A stretch of 64,000 bases of DNA. Origin: Hydrurus foetidus (lineage: Eukaryota). The notes beneath the pieces are model-generated. The model worked only from the letters and a program-made list of their open reading frames with translations, had not been told where the DNA came from and did no database searches. Numbering within the stretch: the first letter of the stretch is position 1; each line of letters begins with the position of its first letter. Below, piece by piece: positions 31,692 to 41,871 of the stretch. A program made the translations under genes and the position numbers. Location: contig UYFQ01000839.1 in assembly GCA_900617105.1 (NCBI GenBank), positions 124,001 through 188,000 of the forward strand, read 5' to 3'.

Positions 31692-31709
31692 ATGTCGCTT
31701 TGATGAAAC
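31692..31709 (-). promoter_or_regulatory. putative Pho box upstream of plcP-like gene
   Basis: Minus strand GTTTCAT-CAAA-GCGACAT, 11-bp period. Confidence 0.5.
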
Positions 31710-31909
31710 CCGGCCGCGGCCTTCAGCCTTTGGTAACCTTTGGGCCGTCTCCGGCCCCCCTCGGCGGGCGCCGTTTCGCCTCGAAAACAGGCGCCGGACC
31801 CGGCGGGACGCCAGGCCGGGGGCGCGGCGAGCGCCGCCATGCCGCGCCGCGCGGCGCAAGGCGGCGAACGACTGTTGCGATGCAGCATGGCCCGCACTAG
31901 ATCAGGACG

Positions 31910-32539
31910 ATGGACGCTGCCCGCCTTGCCAAGGACACCCCGAAATCGTTGAAGACGCGGGCGCGGATTCTCGATTGCGCCATGAAGCTGATCGCCCAGA
32001 TCGGCTATCACGCCGCCAGCAACCCGGTGATCGCCGATGCGGCGGGCCTGACGCGGGGGGCGATGCTGTATCACTTCCCGACCCGCGAGGCGCTGGTGGA
32101 GGCCGCTGTGGCCCATGTCCAGGCTGAGCGTTCGGCCCTGTTCCGCGCGGCGGCCGACACCCTGCCGCCGGGCTCCGACGTCACCGAGCACGCCATCGAC
32201 AGCTACTGGGACCTGCTGCAGAGCGTGCCGTTCATGGCTTTCGCCGAGCTGGAGGCCGCCGGCCGCACCGACCCGGCCATCCAGGCCCTGCTGGCCCCGG
32301 CCCAGGCCGAGTTCGACCGCGCCCAGGCCGGCGATCACTTCCTGAAGATCCTTCACGCCGGCGCCGGCCCACGGTTCCAGGCCAGTCGCGACCTCGCCCG
32401 TTTCATGCTGGAAGGCCTGGCCCGCTCGACCCTGACCTACGATAGCGAGGGTCGAAAGGAGCGCCTGCTGGCGGTGATCAAGCGGGCGACCCACATGCTC
32501 AACCGCAAGGGCGACATCCAGGATCTGTGGCCGGACTAG
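31910..32539 (+). CDS. TetR-family transcriptional regulator
   Basis: TRARILDCA...GYHAAS..IADAAGLTRGAMLYHFPTREAL. Confidence 0.92.
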   Translation: MDAARLAKDTPKSLKTRARILDCAMKLIAQIGYHAASNPVIADAAGLTRGAMLYHFPTREALVEAAVAHVQAERSALFRAAADTLPPGSDVTEHAIDSYWDLLQSVPFMAFAELEAAGRTDPAIQALLAPAQAEFDRAQAGDHFLKILHAGAGPRFQASRDLARFMLEGLARSTLTYDSEGRKERLLAVIKRATHMLNRKGDIQDLWPD

Positions 32540-32541
32540 AG

Positions 32542-33198
32542 CTAATAGGCGTTTTCCGCCCCCAGCAGGTGCGGAGCGGTCAGCAGCATGATCCGCAGGT
32601 CGGCCGCGAAGGACCAGGTCTCGATATAGGCGATGTCGGCCCTGACGCGCCGGGCCATCGCTTCGATATCTTCGGTGCCGCCGCGCAGCCCCTGAATCTG
32701 GGCCAGTCCCGTCAGGCCCGGACGCGCCCGTTGGCGCAGCGCGTAGCCGGGGATCAGTCCGCCATAGTGCTCGTCATGGACCCGGGCGTGGGGGCGGGGG
32801 CCGACCAGAGACATGTCGCCCTTCAGGACGTTCAGCAGCTGGGGCAGTTCGTCGATGCTGGTCTTGCGGATAAAGCGCCCCACGCGGGTGATCCGGTCAT
32901 CGACGCGCGCCGCCTGCACGACGGTCTCGCCGCCGTCGTCGCAGCGCATGGAGCGGAACTTGTAGATCATGAACGGCCGCCCGCTCAGGCCGCCCCGGGC
33001 CTGCCGAAACAGCACGGGTCCGGGCGATTCCAGACGGATCAGCAGAGCCACCAGCAGCAGCGACGGCGCGAAGAACACCAGCAGGGCCAAGGCCGCAACG
33101 ACGTCGAAGACGCGCTTGGCCGGATCCCACGCGACGCGTGGCCCAAGGCCCTCCGCACGCGCGAGATCCGCCCGCGGACGAGAAACTACACCGGTCAT
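32542..33198 (-). CDS. priming (polyprenyl-phosphate) sugar transferase, WcaJ/HfsE/Pss-like
   Basis: [58 protein letters not shown]; start uncertain. Confidence 0.9.
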   Translation of the reverse strand: MTGVVSRPRADLARAEGLGPRVAWDPAKRVFDVVAALALLVFFAPSLLLVALLIRLESPGPVLFRQARGGLSGRPFMIYKFRSMRCDDGGETVVQAARVDDRITRVGRFIRKTSIDELPQLLNVLKGDMSLVGPRPHARVHDEHYGGLIPGYALRQRARPGLTGLAQIQGLRGGTEDIEAMARRVRADIAYIETWSFAADLRIMLLTAPHLLGAENAY

Positions 33199-33290
33199 CG
33201 GTCCCCACAGTACTCTCATCACGGGAAAGGGGCGCAGGACTTGGCGCGCCTTTGCCAGCACCTATTCTGGGCCACGATCGCGACCTCGTA

Positions 33291-33306
33291 TGTGACGGGT
33301 GTCACA
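33291..33306. promoter_or_regulatory. CRP-consensus palindrome
   Basis: TGTGA-CGGGTG-TCACA, about 90 bp upstream of the sugar transferase. Confidence 0.45.
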
Positions 33307-33366
33307 GTCATCGCCAGATCATCCCGCCTCCGGGCCGGCCCATCGCCCTCCTGAACGGGGGGCGAG

Positions 33367-34459
33367 CTAGGCCTTCAGCGCCCTGGGCAACACCTCGGCG
33401 AAGATATCCAGCTCGGCCGGGCTGGCGGTGCCGACCCGGATCCAGGTCGGGTGCAGGGGGCTGTCGAACACGCACCTCGACGCCCATCGCCGCCAGGGTC
33501 TTCTGGAAGGCGAGGTTCGGCTTGCCGGTGTCGACGAACACATAGGTCCCGAACGACGGCAGGCAGTTCAGGCCATTGGCCCTGCAGATGGCGTAGATCT
33601 TCTCGCGGCAGCCTTCCAGATAGGCCTTGGTTCCGGCCAGATAGGTCGCGTCGCCATAGCAGGCCAGGGCCGCCGCCAGGCCGGGCCGGCCCTTGTGCGT
33701 GGGGATCAGGCTCTTCAGCTGCTTGACCCGCTGCGGCTGGGCGATGATGAAGCCCACCCTGAGGCCGGCCATGCCATAGACCTTGGAGAAGGTGCGGGCG
33801 ACCACCACGTCGTGGCCGGCCCTGACCAGGTCGATCATCGAGTGGCGGACGGGATCGGGGCTGATCTCGATATAGGCTTCGTCGACAATCACCGGCGCGG
33901 ACTTCGCCGCCGCGACGCAGAAGGCCCGCAGGGCGTCGGGGTCCATCAGCAAGCCCGTCGGATTGTTGGGATTGCACACATAGACGCAGCCTGCGCCCTC
34001 GGCCTTGGCCGCCAGGGCCGGCAGATCGATCTGGTGGGCGCCGGTGACCGGGACCCAGTCGAGTTTCGCGCCCTGGCGCTCGGCATAGAGCAGGGGCGTC
34101 GCATAGGTCGGTTGCGGCGCGACGATCGCGCCGGCTTTGGAAAAGTGGGTCGAGAGCAGCGACAGGGCCTCAAGCGAGCCGTTGCACAGGCCCACCATCT
34201 CTGGGCTGACGCCCTCGCGTTTGGCGATGGCCGCGATCAACGGCGGCTCCAGCGACCAGGCGTAATAGGGCGTGTCGTCGAGCGCCTTCATGGCCGCTTT
34301 GCGGGCGGCGGGGCTGGGACCATAGGGATTTTCGGTGACGCCCAGATGGGCGCGGATCGTCGGCGGGGCCTTCGGATCGACCGTGGCCTCCGCTGCGACC
34401 GCAAGGGCCGGGGCCAGCGCCGCGCCGCCGATCAACAAGCCCCGTCGCGTCGTGTCCAT
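33367..34459 (-). CDS. HisC-like class I/II PLP aminotransferase with Tat signal (frameshift near 3' end)
   Basis: TRRGLL, ENPYGPSP, CNPNNPTG, VDEAY, RTFSKVYGMAGLRVG; alternate frame ends ...AEVLPRALKA*. Confidence 0.88.
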
Positions 34460-34521
34460 GGTCCGCCCTCCGCTGTCGCCCCCGCAATTGAGGCTGCAAG
34501 GGTGACAGGATCAAGACGCCA

Positions 34522-34995
34522 TCAGGCCGTGGTGATCGGCAGGGCGGTGGTGAACTTGATCTGCTCCATGGCGAAGCTGGAACTGACGTCGGTGAGCGGG
34601 GCGGTGGCGATCAGACGCTTGTAGAAACGGTCATAGGCGGCGATGTCGCGGACCACGACCTTGAGCAGGTAATCGACCTCACCGCTCATCCGGTAGAACT
34701 CGACCACCTCGGGCAGGGCGCGGGCCCCGGCGGCAAATGTCGCGAGCCAGGCCTCGTCATGGCGCCCGGTTTTCACGGCCACGAACACGGTCAGGGACAG
34801 GTCCAGGGCGTCGCGGTCCAGCAGGGCGACGCGGGCGGTGATCACTCCGGCGTCCTGCAGCCGCTTGATCCGCTTCCAGCACGGCGTCTGGGTCAGCCCC
34901 ACGCGCTCGGCCAGCTCGGCGATCGGGACGGTGGAGTCTTCCTGCAGGATCGCCAACAGCCTGCGGTCGATATGATCGAGATCAATCATCTTCAT
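34522..34995 (-). CDS. Lrp/AsnC-family regulator (DecR-like)
   Basis: LDHIDRRLL..LQED, ELAERVGLTQTPCWKRIKRL, EVVEFYRMSGEVDYLLKV, SSSFAMEQIK. Confidence 0.92.
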   Translation of the reverse strand: MKMIDLDHIDRRLLAILQEDSTVPIAELAERVGLTQTPCWKRIKRLQDAGVITARVALLDRDALDLSLTVFVAVKTGRHDEAWLATFAAGARALPEVVEFYRMSGEVDYLLKVVVRDIAAYDRFYKRLIATAPLTDVSSSFAMEQIKFTTALPITTA

Positions 34996-35008
34996 TTCCG
35001 GCCCGTTC

Positions 35009-35023
35009 GAGAATGAAGTTCTC
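35009..35023. promoter_or_regulatory. Lrp-type palindrome in divergent promoter
   Basis: GAGAA-TGAAG-TTCTC. Confidence 0.35.
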
Positions 35024-35111
35024 CATACGGTGAAAACGGCAGCGCATCCAGTAATGCCATTCTCTGGTTCCGCTTCATGCTGGGACACCTGACGACGAAT
35101 CGGGGGTCCAC

Positions 35112-35360
35112 ATGCTGAAGCCGTTCACACGCCATCCGGAGGCGGTTGGCGAGACCTATGGCCAGCATATGGGTGTGGCCTGGAGCTTTGGCTTTACCCT
35201 GATCGGCGCGGGCTTTGCCTGCCTGATCCATGGCTTGCTGCCCTTCGCCTTCGAGCGCACCGGCAGCAACACCGTCCGCCGCCTCAACGAGCGCCTGGGC
35301 CGCCGCTGCGCCTTGGCCGACAAGACGCTTGGCCTCGACCCGGCCCCCGTCCAGGGATGA
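35112..35360 (+). CDS. DUF6356-like small protein
   Basis: FTRHPEAVGETYGQH...ACLIHGLLPFAFERTGS. Confidence 0.8.
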   Translation: MLKPFTRHPEAVGETYGQHMGVAWSFGFTLIGAGFACLIHGLLPFAFERTGSNTVRRLNERLGRRCALADKTLGLDPAPVQG

Positions 35361-36371
35361 ACGCCGCCGTCGCCAGACTGGGCGCTTTCCGCTTCGAGGC
35401 GGGCAAGTTGTGGCCGGGCTTGATCGCGGGCCTCGTCATCGCCCTGCTGGCCAAACCGCTGTCCCACCTGCTGCACGCGCCGGCCCCGCTTCTGGCGGTG
35501 GTGCTGGGCATGGGCCTGGGCCTTGGGCCTGGGCGCCAGGCTGGCGGCCGGCCTCGATATCTGGGCCAAGCCCGGTCTGCGCCTGGGTGTGGCCCTGATG
35601 GGGGCCCAGATCACCTGGAGCGAGTTCGCCCTGCTGGGCGGGCCCGCGATCCTGGCCAGCGGCGCGGTCGTGCTGGGCGGTCTCACCGTCGGCGCCGGCG
35701 TCGGCATGGCCCTGGGACTGCCCCTGGCCGAGGCCCTGATCGCGGCGGCGGCCTGTTCGATCTGCGGCGCCTCCGCAGCGCTCGCCGCCGCGCAGGCCGC
35801 GCCGGCCAGTCCGGCCAACCAGCGCACCACGGCCCTGGTGATCATCGGGGTCAATCTGCTCTCGACCGTGGCCATGCTGGCCTATCCGCCGATCGCCCAC
35901 GCCCTGGGCTTTACGGCCCACCAGGCCGGCGTGTTTTTCGGGCTCTCGATCCATGACGTCGCCCAGGTGGCCGGCGCCGGTTCGTCAGTCTCGCCGGACG
36001 CCGCCAGCGCTGCGGCCCTGGCCAAGCTGGCCCGGATCGTCTGGCTGGGCCCGGCGGTGGTGCTGATCGGCGTGCTGCTGAGCCGCACCCAGGACGGCTG
36101 CGGCAAGACCGGCTTCAAGGGGCCGCCGCTCTTCGTCCTGGGCTTCGCCGCCCTGGCCGCCCTGCGCGGTCTTGGCCTGTTGCCCGAAGCGCTGGTCGCC
36201 ACCCTGGCCACACTATCCAGCTTCCTGCTTCTGGCCGGTGTCGGCGCCATCTCGGCCAAGCTGGGACCCGCCGCCCTGCTGCAGGTCAAACCAAAGCTGG
36301 CCGCGGCCCTGGGTCTCTCCACCCTGGCGGTGGCGGCGCTGGCCTATGGCCTGACGCGGGCGTTCTTCTAG
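35357..36371 (+). CDS. YeiH/UPF0324 putative sulfate exporter family membrane protein (frameshifted)
   Basis: LRLGVALMG, SICGASAALA, GLSIHDVAQVAGAG, KLARI. Confidence 0.88.
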
Positions 36372-36521
36372 GCGTCGCGGTTCGCCGGAGAAAATTTGCG
36401 GGCAAGGCACGCCCCACCGACAATCTTTGGCAGGAAATGCCCCAGCCGATCGCGCACGTCTTGGCGAAACACGTCGCCCAGCCCATGGTCGCGGCGGAAG
36501 ACCAAGTCGGAGGGAATAGCC

Positions 36522-37941
36522 TTGAGTTTCTGGACGCGCCGCAAGTCGATCGACGCCATCGCGGCGGGCCATGACGGCCATCAACTGAAGAAGACCCTGA
36601 GCTGGCCCCATCTGGTCGCCCTGGGTGTCGGCGCCATCGTCGGCACCGGCATCTATACCCTGACCGGCATCGGCGCGGGTCTGGCCGGACCGGGCGTGAT
36701 CCTGTCCTTCCTGATCGCCGGCGCGGTCTGCGCCTGCGCGGCGCTTTGCTATGCCGAACTGTCGACCATGATCCCGGCCTCGGGCAGCGCCTATACCTAC
36801 AGCTACGTCGCCATGGGCGAGCCGGTGGCCTGGTTCGTCGGCTGGAGCCTGATCCTCGAATACACCCTGGTCTGCGCGGCCGTCGCCGTCGGCTGGTCGG
36901 CCCACGCCACCGGCCTGTTCCGGATGATCGGCACGCCCGAAGCCCTGCTGGCTGGGCCCCCATATGGGCGGGATCGTCAATCTGCCGGCCGTGATCATCT
37001 CCTTCGCCGTCGCCGGCCTGCTGGCCCTGGGCACCAAGGAGAGCGCCACGGTCAACATGGTCCTGGTGGCGGTTAAGATCATCGCTCTGGCCGTGTTCGT
37101 GGTGCTGTGCATCCCGGCCTTCGACGCCAGCCACTTCACGCCCTTCATGCCCCAGGGCTTTGCCGCCACCCCCGACGCCAACGGCATCAAGGTGGGGGTC
37201 ATGGCCGCCGCCAGCCTGATCTTCTTCGCCTTCTACGGCTTTGACGCGGTCTCGACCGCCGCCGAGGAGACCAAGAACCCCAAGCGCGACCTGACCATCG
37301 GCATCGTCGGCTCGATGGCCGTCTGCACGGTGATCTATATGATCGTCGCCGCCGTCTCGATCGGCTCTCTCGCACCGAGGTCTTCCAAGAGCGAAGCGCC
37401 GCTGGTCTTCATCCTCGAAAGCCTGAACCATCCCAAGGTCGCCCAGCTGGTGGCCCTGGCCGCCGTGGTCGCCCTGCCGACCGTGATCCTGGCCTTTATG
37501 TATGGCCAGAGCCGGATCTTCTTCGTGATGGCCCGCGACGGCCTGCTGCCCAAGACCCTGGCCCGGGTCAACGCCAAGACCGGCACGCCCGTGCTGATGA
37601 CCCTGCTGACGGGCGCCCTGTCGGCCCTGATCTCGGGCTGGCTGTCGCTGAAGGACATCGCCGAGCTGGCCAATGCCGGCACCCTGGCCGCCTTCATCGC
37701 CGTGGGCCTGTCGGTGATCATCCTGCGGATCAAGGATCCGGGTCGCCAGCGGGTGTTCTCGACGCCGATCTGGCCGGTCGTGGCCTCGGGCGCGATCCTG
37801 GGCTGCCTCTATCTGTTCTCCAGCCTGCCGACCAAGACCCAGCTCTACTTCCTCTACGCTCACCTGATCGGCGTGGCGGTCTATGTGCTGTTTGGCCTGC
37901 GCAACAGCGTTCTGGCCCGTCAGGAGCGCGATCAGCACTAG
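36522..37941 (+). CDS. APC-family amino acid permease (frameshifted)
   Basis: TTG start after GGAGGG; LGVGAIVGTGIY, CYAELS..IPASGSAYTY, FYGFDAVSTAAEETKNPKRD, MARDGLLP. Confidence 0.92.
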
Positions 37942-38038
37942 TGTGATTTAGGCCCGGCCGCCGCGCCGGGCCTTCCATTCCTGATTCTGCGGGCTACAGT
38001 CCGCGTCAAAACAAGCGTTTGACGCAGGATGGAACACC

Positions 38039-39185
38039 ATGGCCCTCGATCTCGAAACCCGCGACCAGCTGCTCGACATGGTCGCCCGCTTCGTCGCCGA
38101 GCGCCTGCGGCCCATCGAGGCCAAGGTGGCCGAGGATGACGCGGTCCCGCAGGACGTCATCGACGAGATGAAAAGTCTGGGCCTGTTTGGCCTGTCGATC
38201 CCCGAGGCGTTCGGCGGCCTGGGTCTGAACATGGAAGAGGAATGCCTGGTCGGCGTCGAGCTGGGCCGCACCTCTCCGGCCTTCCGGTCGGCGTTCGGCA
38301 CCAATGTCGGCATCGGCAGCCAGGGTCTGGTGATGTTCGGGACCGACGAGCAAAAGGCCAAGTGGCTGCCCGGCATCGCCTCGGGCGAGATCATCACCAG
38401 CTTCGCCCTGACCGAGCCGGAAGCCGGCTCCGACAGCGCCTCTGTCCGCACCCTGGCCATCCGCGACGGCGACGACTACGTGCTCAATGGCTCCAAGCGC
38501 TACATCACCAACGCCGGCAAGGCGTCGCTGTTCACGGTGATGGCCCGGACCAGTCCCGAGACCAAGGGCGGCTCTGGCGTCTCGGCCTTCCTGGTCCCCA
38601 GCGGCCTGCCGGGCCTGTCTGTGAGCAAGCCCGAGAAGAAGATGGGCCAGCAGGGCGCCCATATCCACGATGTGACCTTCGACAATGTCCGCGTGCCGGC
38701 CTGGAATCGCCTGGGTGAAGAGGGCGAGGGCTTCAAGGTGGCCATGCAGGTGCTGGATCGCGGCCGCCTGCACATCGCCGCCGTCTGCGTGGGCGTGGCC
38801 GAGCGGCTGATCAAGGACTGCGTGGCCTATGCCGGCGAGCGCAAGCAGTTTGGCCAGGCGATCTCGAACTTCCAGCTGATCCAGGCCATGCTGGCCGACA
38901 GCAAGACCGAGGCCCTGGCGGCCAAGGCCCTGGTCATGGAGACCGCCCGCAAGCGCGACGCGGGGCAGGGCGTGACGCTGGAGGCGGCGGCCTCGAAACT
39001 GTTCGCGTCCGAGATGGTCGGCCGCGTGGCGGACCGGGCCGTGCAGATCTTCGGCGGGGCCGGCTATGTCGCCGACTATGGCATCGAGCGCCTGTATCGC
39101 GACGTGCGGATCTTCCGGATCTATGAGGGCACAAGCCAGATCCAGCAGGTGATCATCGCCCGGGAGACCATGAAACAGGGGCTAA
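38039..39185 (+). CDS. acyl-CoA dehydrogenase
   Basis: FALTEPEAGSD, LNGSKRYITN, ERKQFGQ, AVQIFGGAGY, RIYEGTSQIQ; probable true stop TAA at 39183-39185. Confidence 0.93.
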
Positions 39186-39251
39186 GCGCCTCTCGGCCGG
39201 TCGCGACTCTTTGGCGAGTGTGGCGAGATGACGCACCTGGGACGGGAATAT

Positions 39252-39266
39252 TTAAGGCTGCATTAA
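39252..39266 (+). promoter_or_regulatory. CtrA binding site upstream of mcpB
   Basis: Exact TTAA-GGCTGCA-TTAA. Confidence 0.75.
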
Positions 39267-39320
39267 GCATGCGGGCAGAGGGTCCTCCCACATGCTGCAC
39301 CCCAGGACGGACCAAAGCCG

Positions 39321-40920
39321 ATGAGCCAGGATCATGACCTAAACGACCGCGTGGCGTTTATGGGGCTGGATGACCGTGCGCGACAGGCGCTGCGGATCTG
39401 CGGCCGCTCATTCGCAAGGAAATCAGCCCCGCGCTTTCGGTCTTCTACGGCAAGGTCAAGACAACACCAGAGACCAGCAAGTTCTTCAGGACGAGCGGCA
39501 CATGGACGCCGCCAGCAGTCGCCAGGCGGCGCACTGGGACGTCATCGCCCAGGCCGAGTTCAGCGACACCTATGTCAATACGGTCCGGACCATCGGTCAG
39601 GTTCACGCGCGCATTGGCCTGGAGCCGCGCTGGTATATCGGCGGCTACGCCATGGTCATGGACCGGCTGCTGCGCGCCACCGTCGACTCGCTCTGGCCCA
39701 AGGGCTTCATGGCCAAGGGCGACCCCGCCCAGGCCGGCGAGGCTGTCAGCGCCCTGATGAAGGCGGTCATGCTCGACATGGACTTCGCCATCTCGATCTA
39801 TCTCGAGACCATCGAAGCCGATCGCCAGCGACTTGAGGCCTCGCGTATCGAGAACGAGCAATGCCAGACCAGGCTCGTCGAAAGCCTGGCCACGGCGCTG
39901 GCCCATCTGGCTCGGGGCGATCTGGTCAGCCGGCTTGACGACGAGGTGAAGCCCGAGTTCCAGAAGCTGAAGGACGATTTCAACAGCGCCGTTCGCACGC
40001 TCGAGGAGGCCATGGGTCGCATTTCGGGTGTGACCGGCAATATTCGCGCCGGTTCGGATGAAATCGGCATCGCGGCTGACGACCTGTCGCGCCGCACCGA
40101 GCAGCAGGCCGCCAGTCTGGAAGAGACCGCCGCCGCCCTCGACCAGATCACCTCGACCGTCCGGCGCTCCGCAGCGGGCGCCAAGCAGGCATCCGAGGTT
40201 GTGGCGGGCGCCAAGACCGAGGCCGAACGCTCAGGCATCGTGGTCGATCAGGCCGTGGCCGCCATGGGCGAGATCGAAAGCTCGTCGCGCGAAATCGGCA
40301 ACATTATCGGCGTGATCGACGAGATTGCCTTCCAGACCAACCTGCTGGCCCTGAACGCCGGGGTCGAAGCGGCGCGTGCGGGTGAAGCGGGTCGCGGCTT
40401 CGCGGTCGTCGCCCAGGAAGTGCGGGCGCTCGCCCAGCGCTCCGCCGACGCCGCCAAGGAGATCAAGACCCTGATCTCCTCCTCGACCCAGCAGGTCAGT
40501 CAGGGCGTGAACCTGGTGGGACAAACCGGCGACGCCCTGCGCGGCATCGTCGCCAAGGTTGCCGAGATCGACACCTTGATCGTCCAGATCTCCGCTTCGG
40601 CCCAGGAGCAGGCCACGGGCCTGCATGAGGTCAATACCGCCGTCAATCAGATGGACCAGGTGACGCAACAAAACGCCGCCATGGTCGAGCAGACGACGGC
40701 GGCGACACACTCGCTCAAGGATCAAACGGCCGAACTGGTCAATCTGATTTCGGCTTTCCGCGTGACCGATACGCGGCCCGCCGCATCCGCTGCTCCCGCC
40801 GCGTCCGCGCGTCCGGCCGCCAGACCTCCGTCTCAGGCCAGTCGGCCAGGGGGCGGCGCGCGTCCGGTCTCCCGCGGCTCAGCTGCGACGGCCGTCCGCG
40901 AGACGTGGGAAGAGTTCTGA
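39321..40920 (+). CDS. mcpB: soluble globin-coupled chemoreceptor (frameshifted at 5' end)
   Basis: RVAFMGLD...QAAHW...[19 protein letters not shown] globin; MCP signalling domain; C-terminal WEEF; no TM segment. Confidence 0.85.
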
Positions 40921-40933
40921 GAACCGGCTGTCG

Positions 40934-41039
40934 CTAGAGCATTTTCCGATCCGACTGGATCGGTGAAATGCTCTAGTCTTTTGTTTTAACGCATTTTCTG
41001 ACGACGAACCGGCGTCCACTTCGTCGGAAAATGCTCTGG
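40934..41039. repeat. CIR/BRU-RS-like two-hairpin intergenic repeat
   Basis: CTAGAGCATTTTCCGATCC-GACT-GGATCGGTGAAATGCTCTAG plus GCATTTTCTGACGA...TCGTCGGAAAATGC. Confidence 0.7.
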
Positions 41040-41070
41040 CAGCCTGAAACCCAGTGCGGGATAGATCGAC

Positions 41071-41103
41071 AAAAGCGGACGCCCTGACGGGCGTCCGCTT
41101 TTT
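41071..41103. terminator. bidirectional intrinsic terminator
   Basis: AAAAGCGGACGCCC-TGAC-GGGCGTCCGCTTTTT. Confidence 0.85.
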
Positions 41104-41222
41104 CCTGTCGGCTGTCGCACACGGCAAAACGCCCCCGCCAACCAGACGCGAAGCGATCCATCGGAACGCTTCGGTCTGGTCGGCGGAGGCGTATTGAGCC
41201 CCGTAAGTAAGGAGCTTGAAGT

Positions 41223-41534
41223 TTACGCGCCGCCCGGGAAGCGGAACGGAACCTTCACGGTGCCGGTCTTGGCGCCCATCGGCAGCTTTTCAGCGATGCA
41301 CATGGCGGCCTTGTCGAAGCCCTTGCCGGCCGCGCTGTTGTCAACGACCTTGCATTCCGAGAGCTTGCCAGCGTCAGCGGTGCATTCCAGCATCACCTGG
41401 GCGGCATCCCGGGTATTGGCGAACTGTTGCAGGCAACGGCTCATTTGGTCTTCGAATCCGCCAGCCGCCGAGGCGGCTTGAGCGATGAACAAGCTGCCAG
41501 CGATTCCCGCGGCAAAAGCGATCGGATATTTCAT
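41223..41534 (-). CDS. cagA: small secreted Cys-containing protein, TonB-C-terminal-like (chemotaxis-associated gene)
   Basis: Signal peptide, VMLECTADAGKLSECKVV...FDKAAMC...VKVPFRF; divergent from mcpA as recalled for C. crescentus. Confidence 0.65.
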   Translation of the reverse strand: MKYPIAFAAGIAGSLFIAQAASAAGGFEDQMSRCLQQFANTRDAAQVMLECTADAGKLSECKVVDNSAAGKGFDKAAMCIAEKLPMGAKTGTVKVPFRFPGGA

Positions 41535-41871
41535 CCCGCTGCTCCTAGTAATGAATACCGTCCTGTGGACGACGCGCCAACCGGACGCATGCCTTTTGTC
41601 GCAGCTGCGAGTTAAAATATTCTGAGTCGACCCGGAATATTCTAAATTTACTTCGTGGTAACCTTACCTCGGATTTCACCTGTCAAGCGGCTTCCGGGCG
41701 CTGTCTTTATAGAGTCACCTGCGGCGAATTGTCCCTCAAGGCAGCGCCGGGCCCCCCGACCTCCAGTTTCTCTTAACCAAGGTCAGAGTCTGTTAGGAAT
41801 CTATAGTGATGATCCCCCTGGCTTGCTGGTGATCCGTGGGCACGGAACCGCCGCATGAAGGGGACCTGGAA

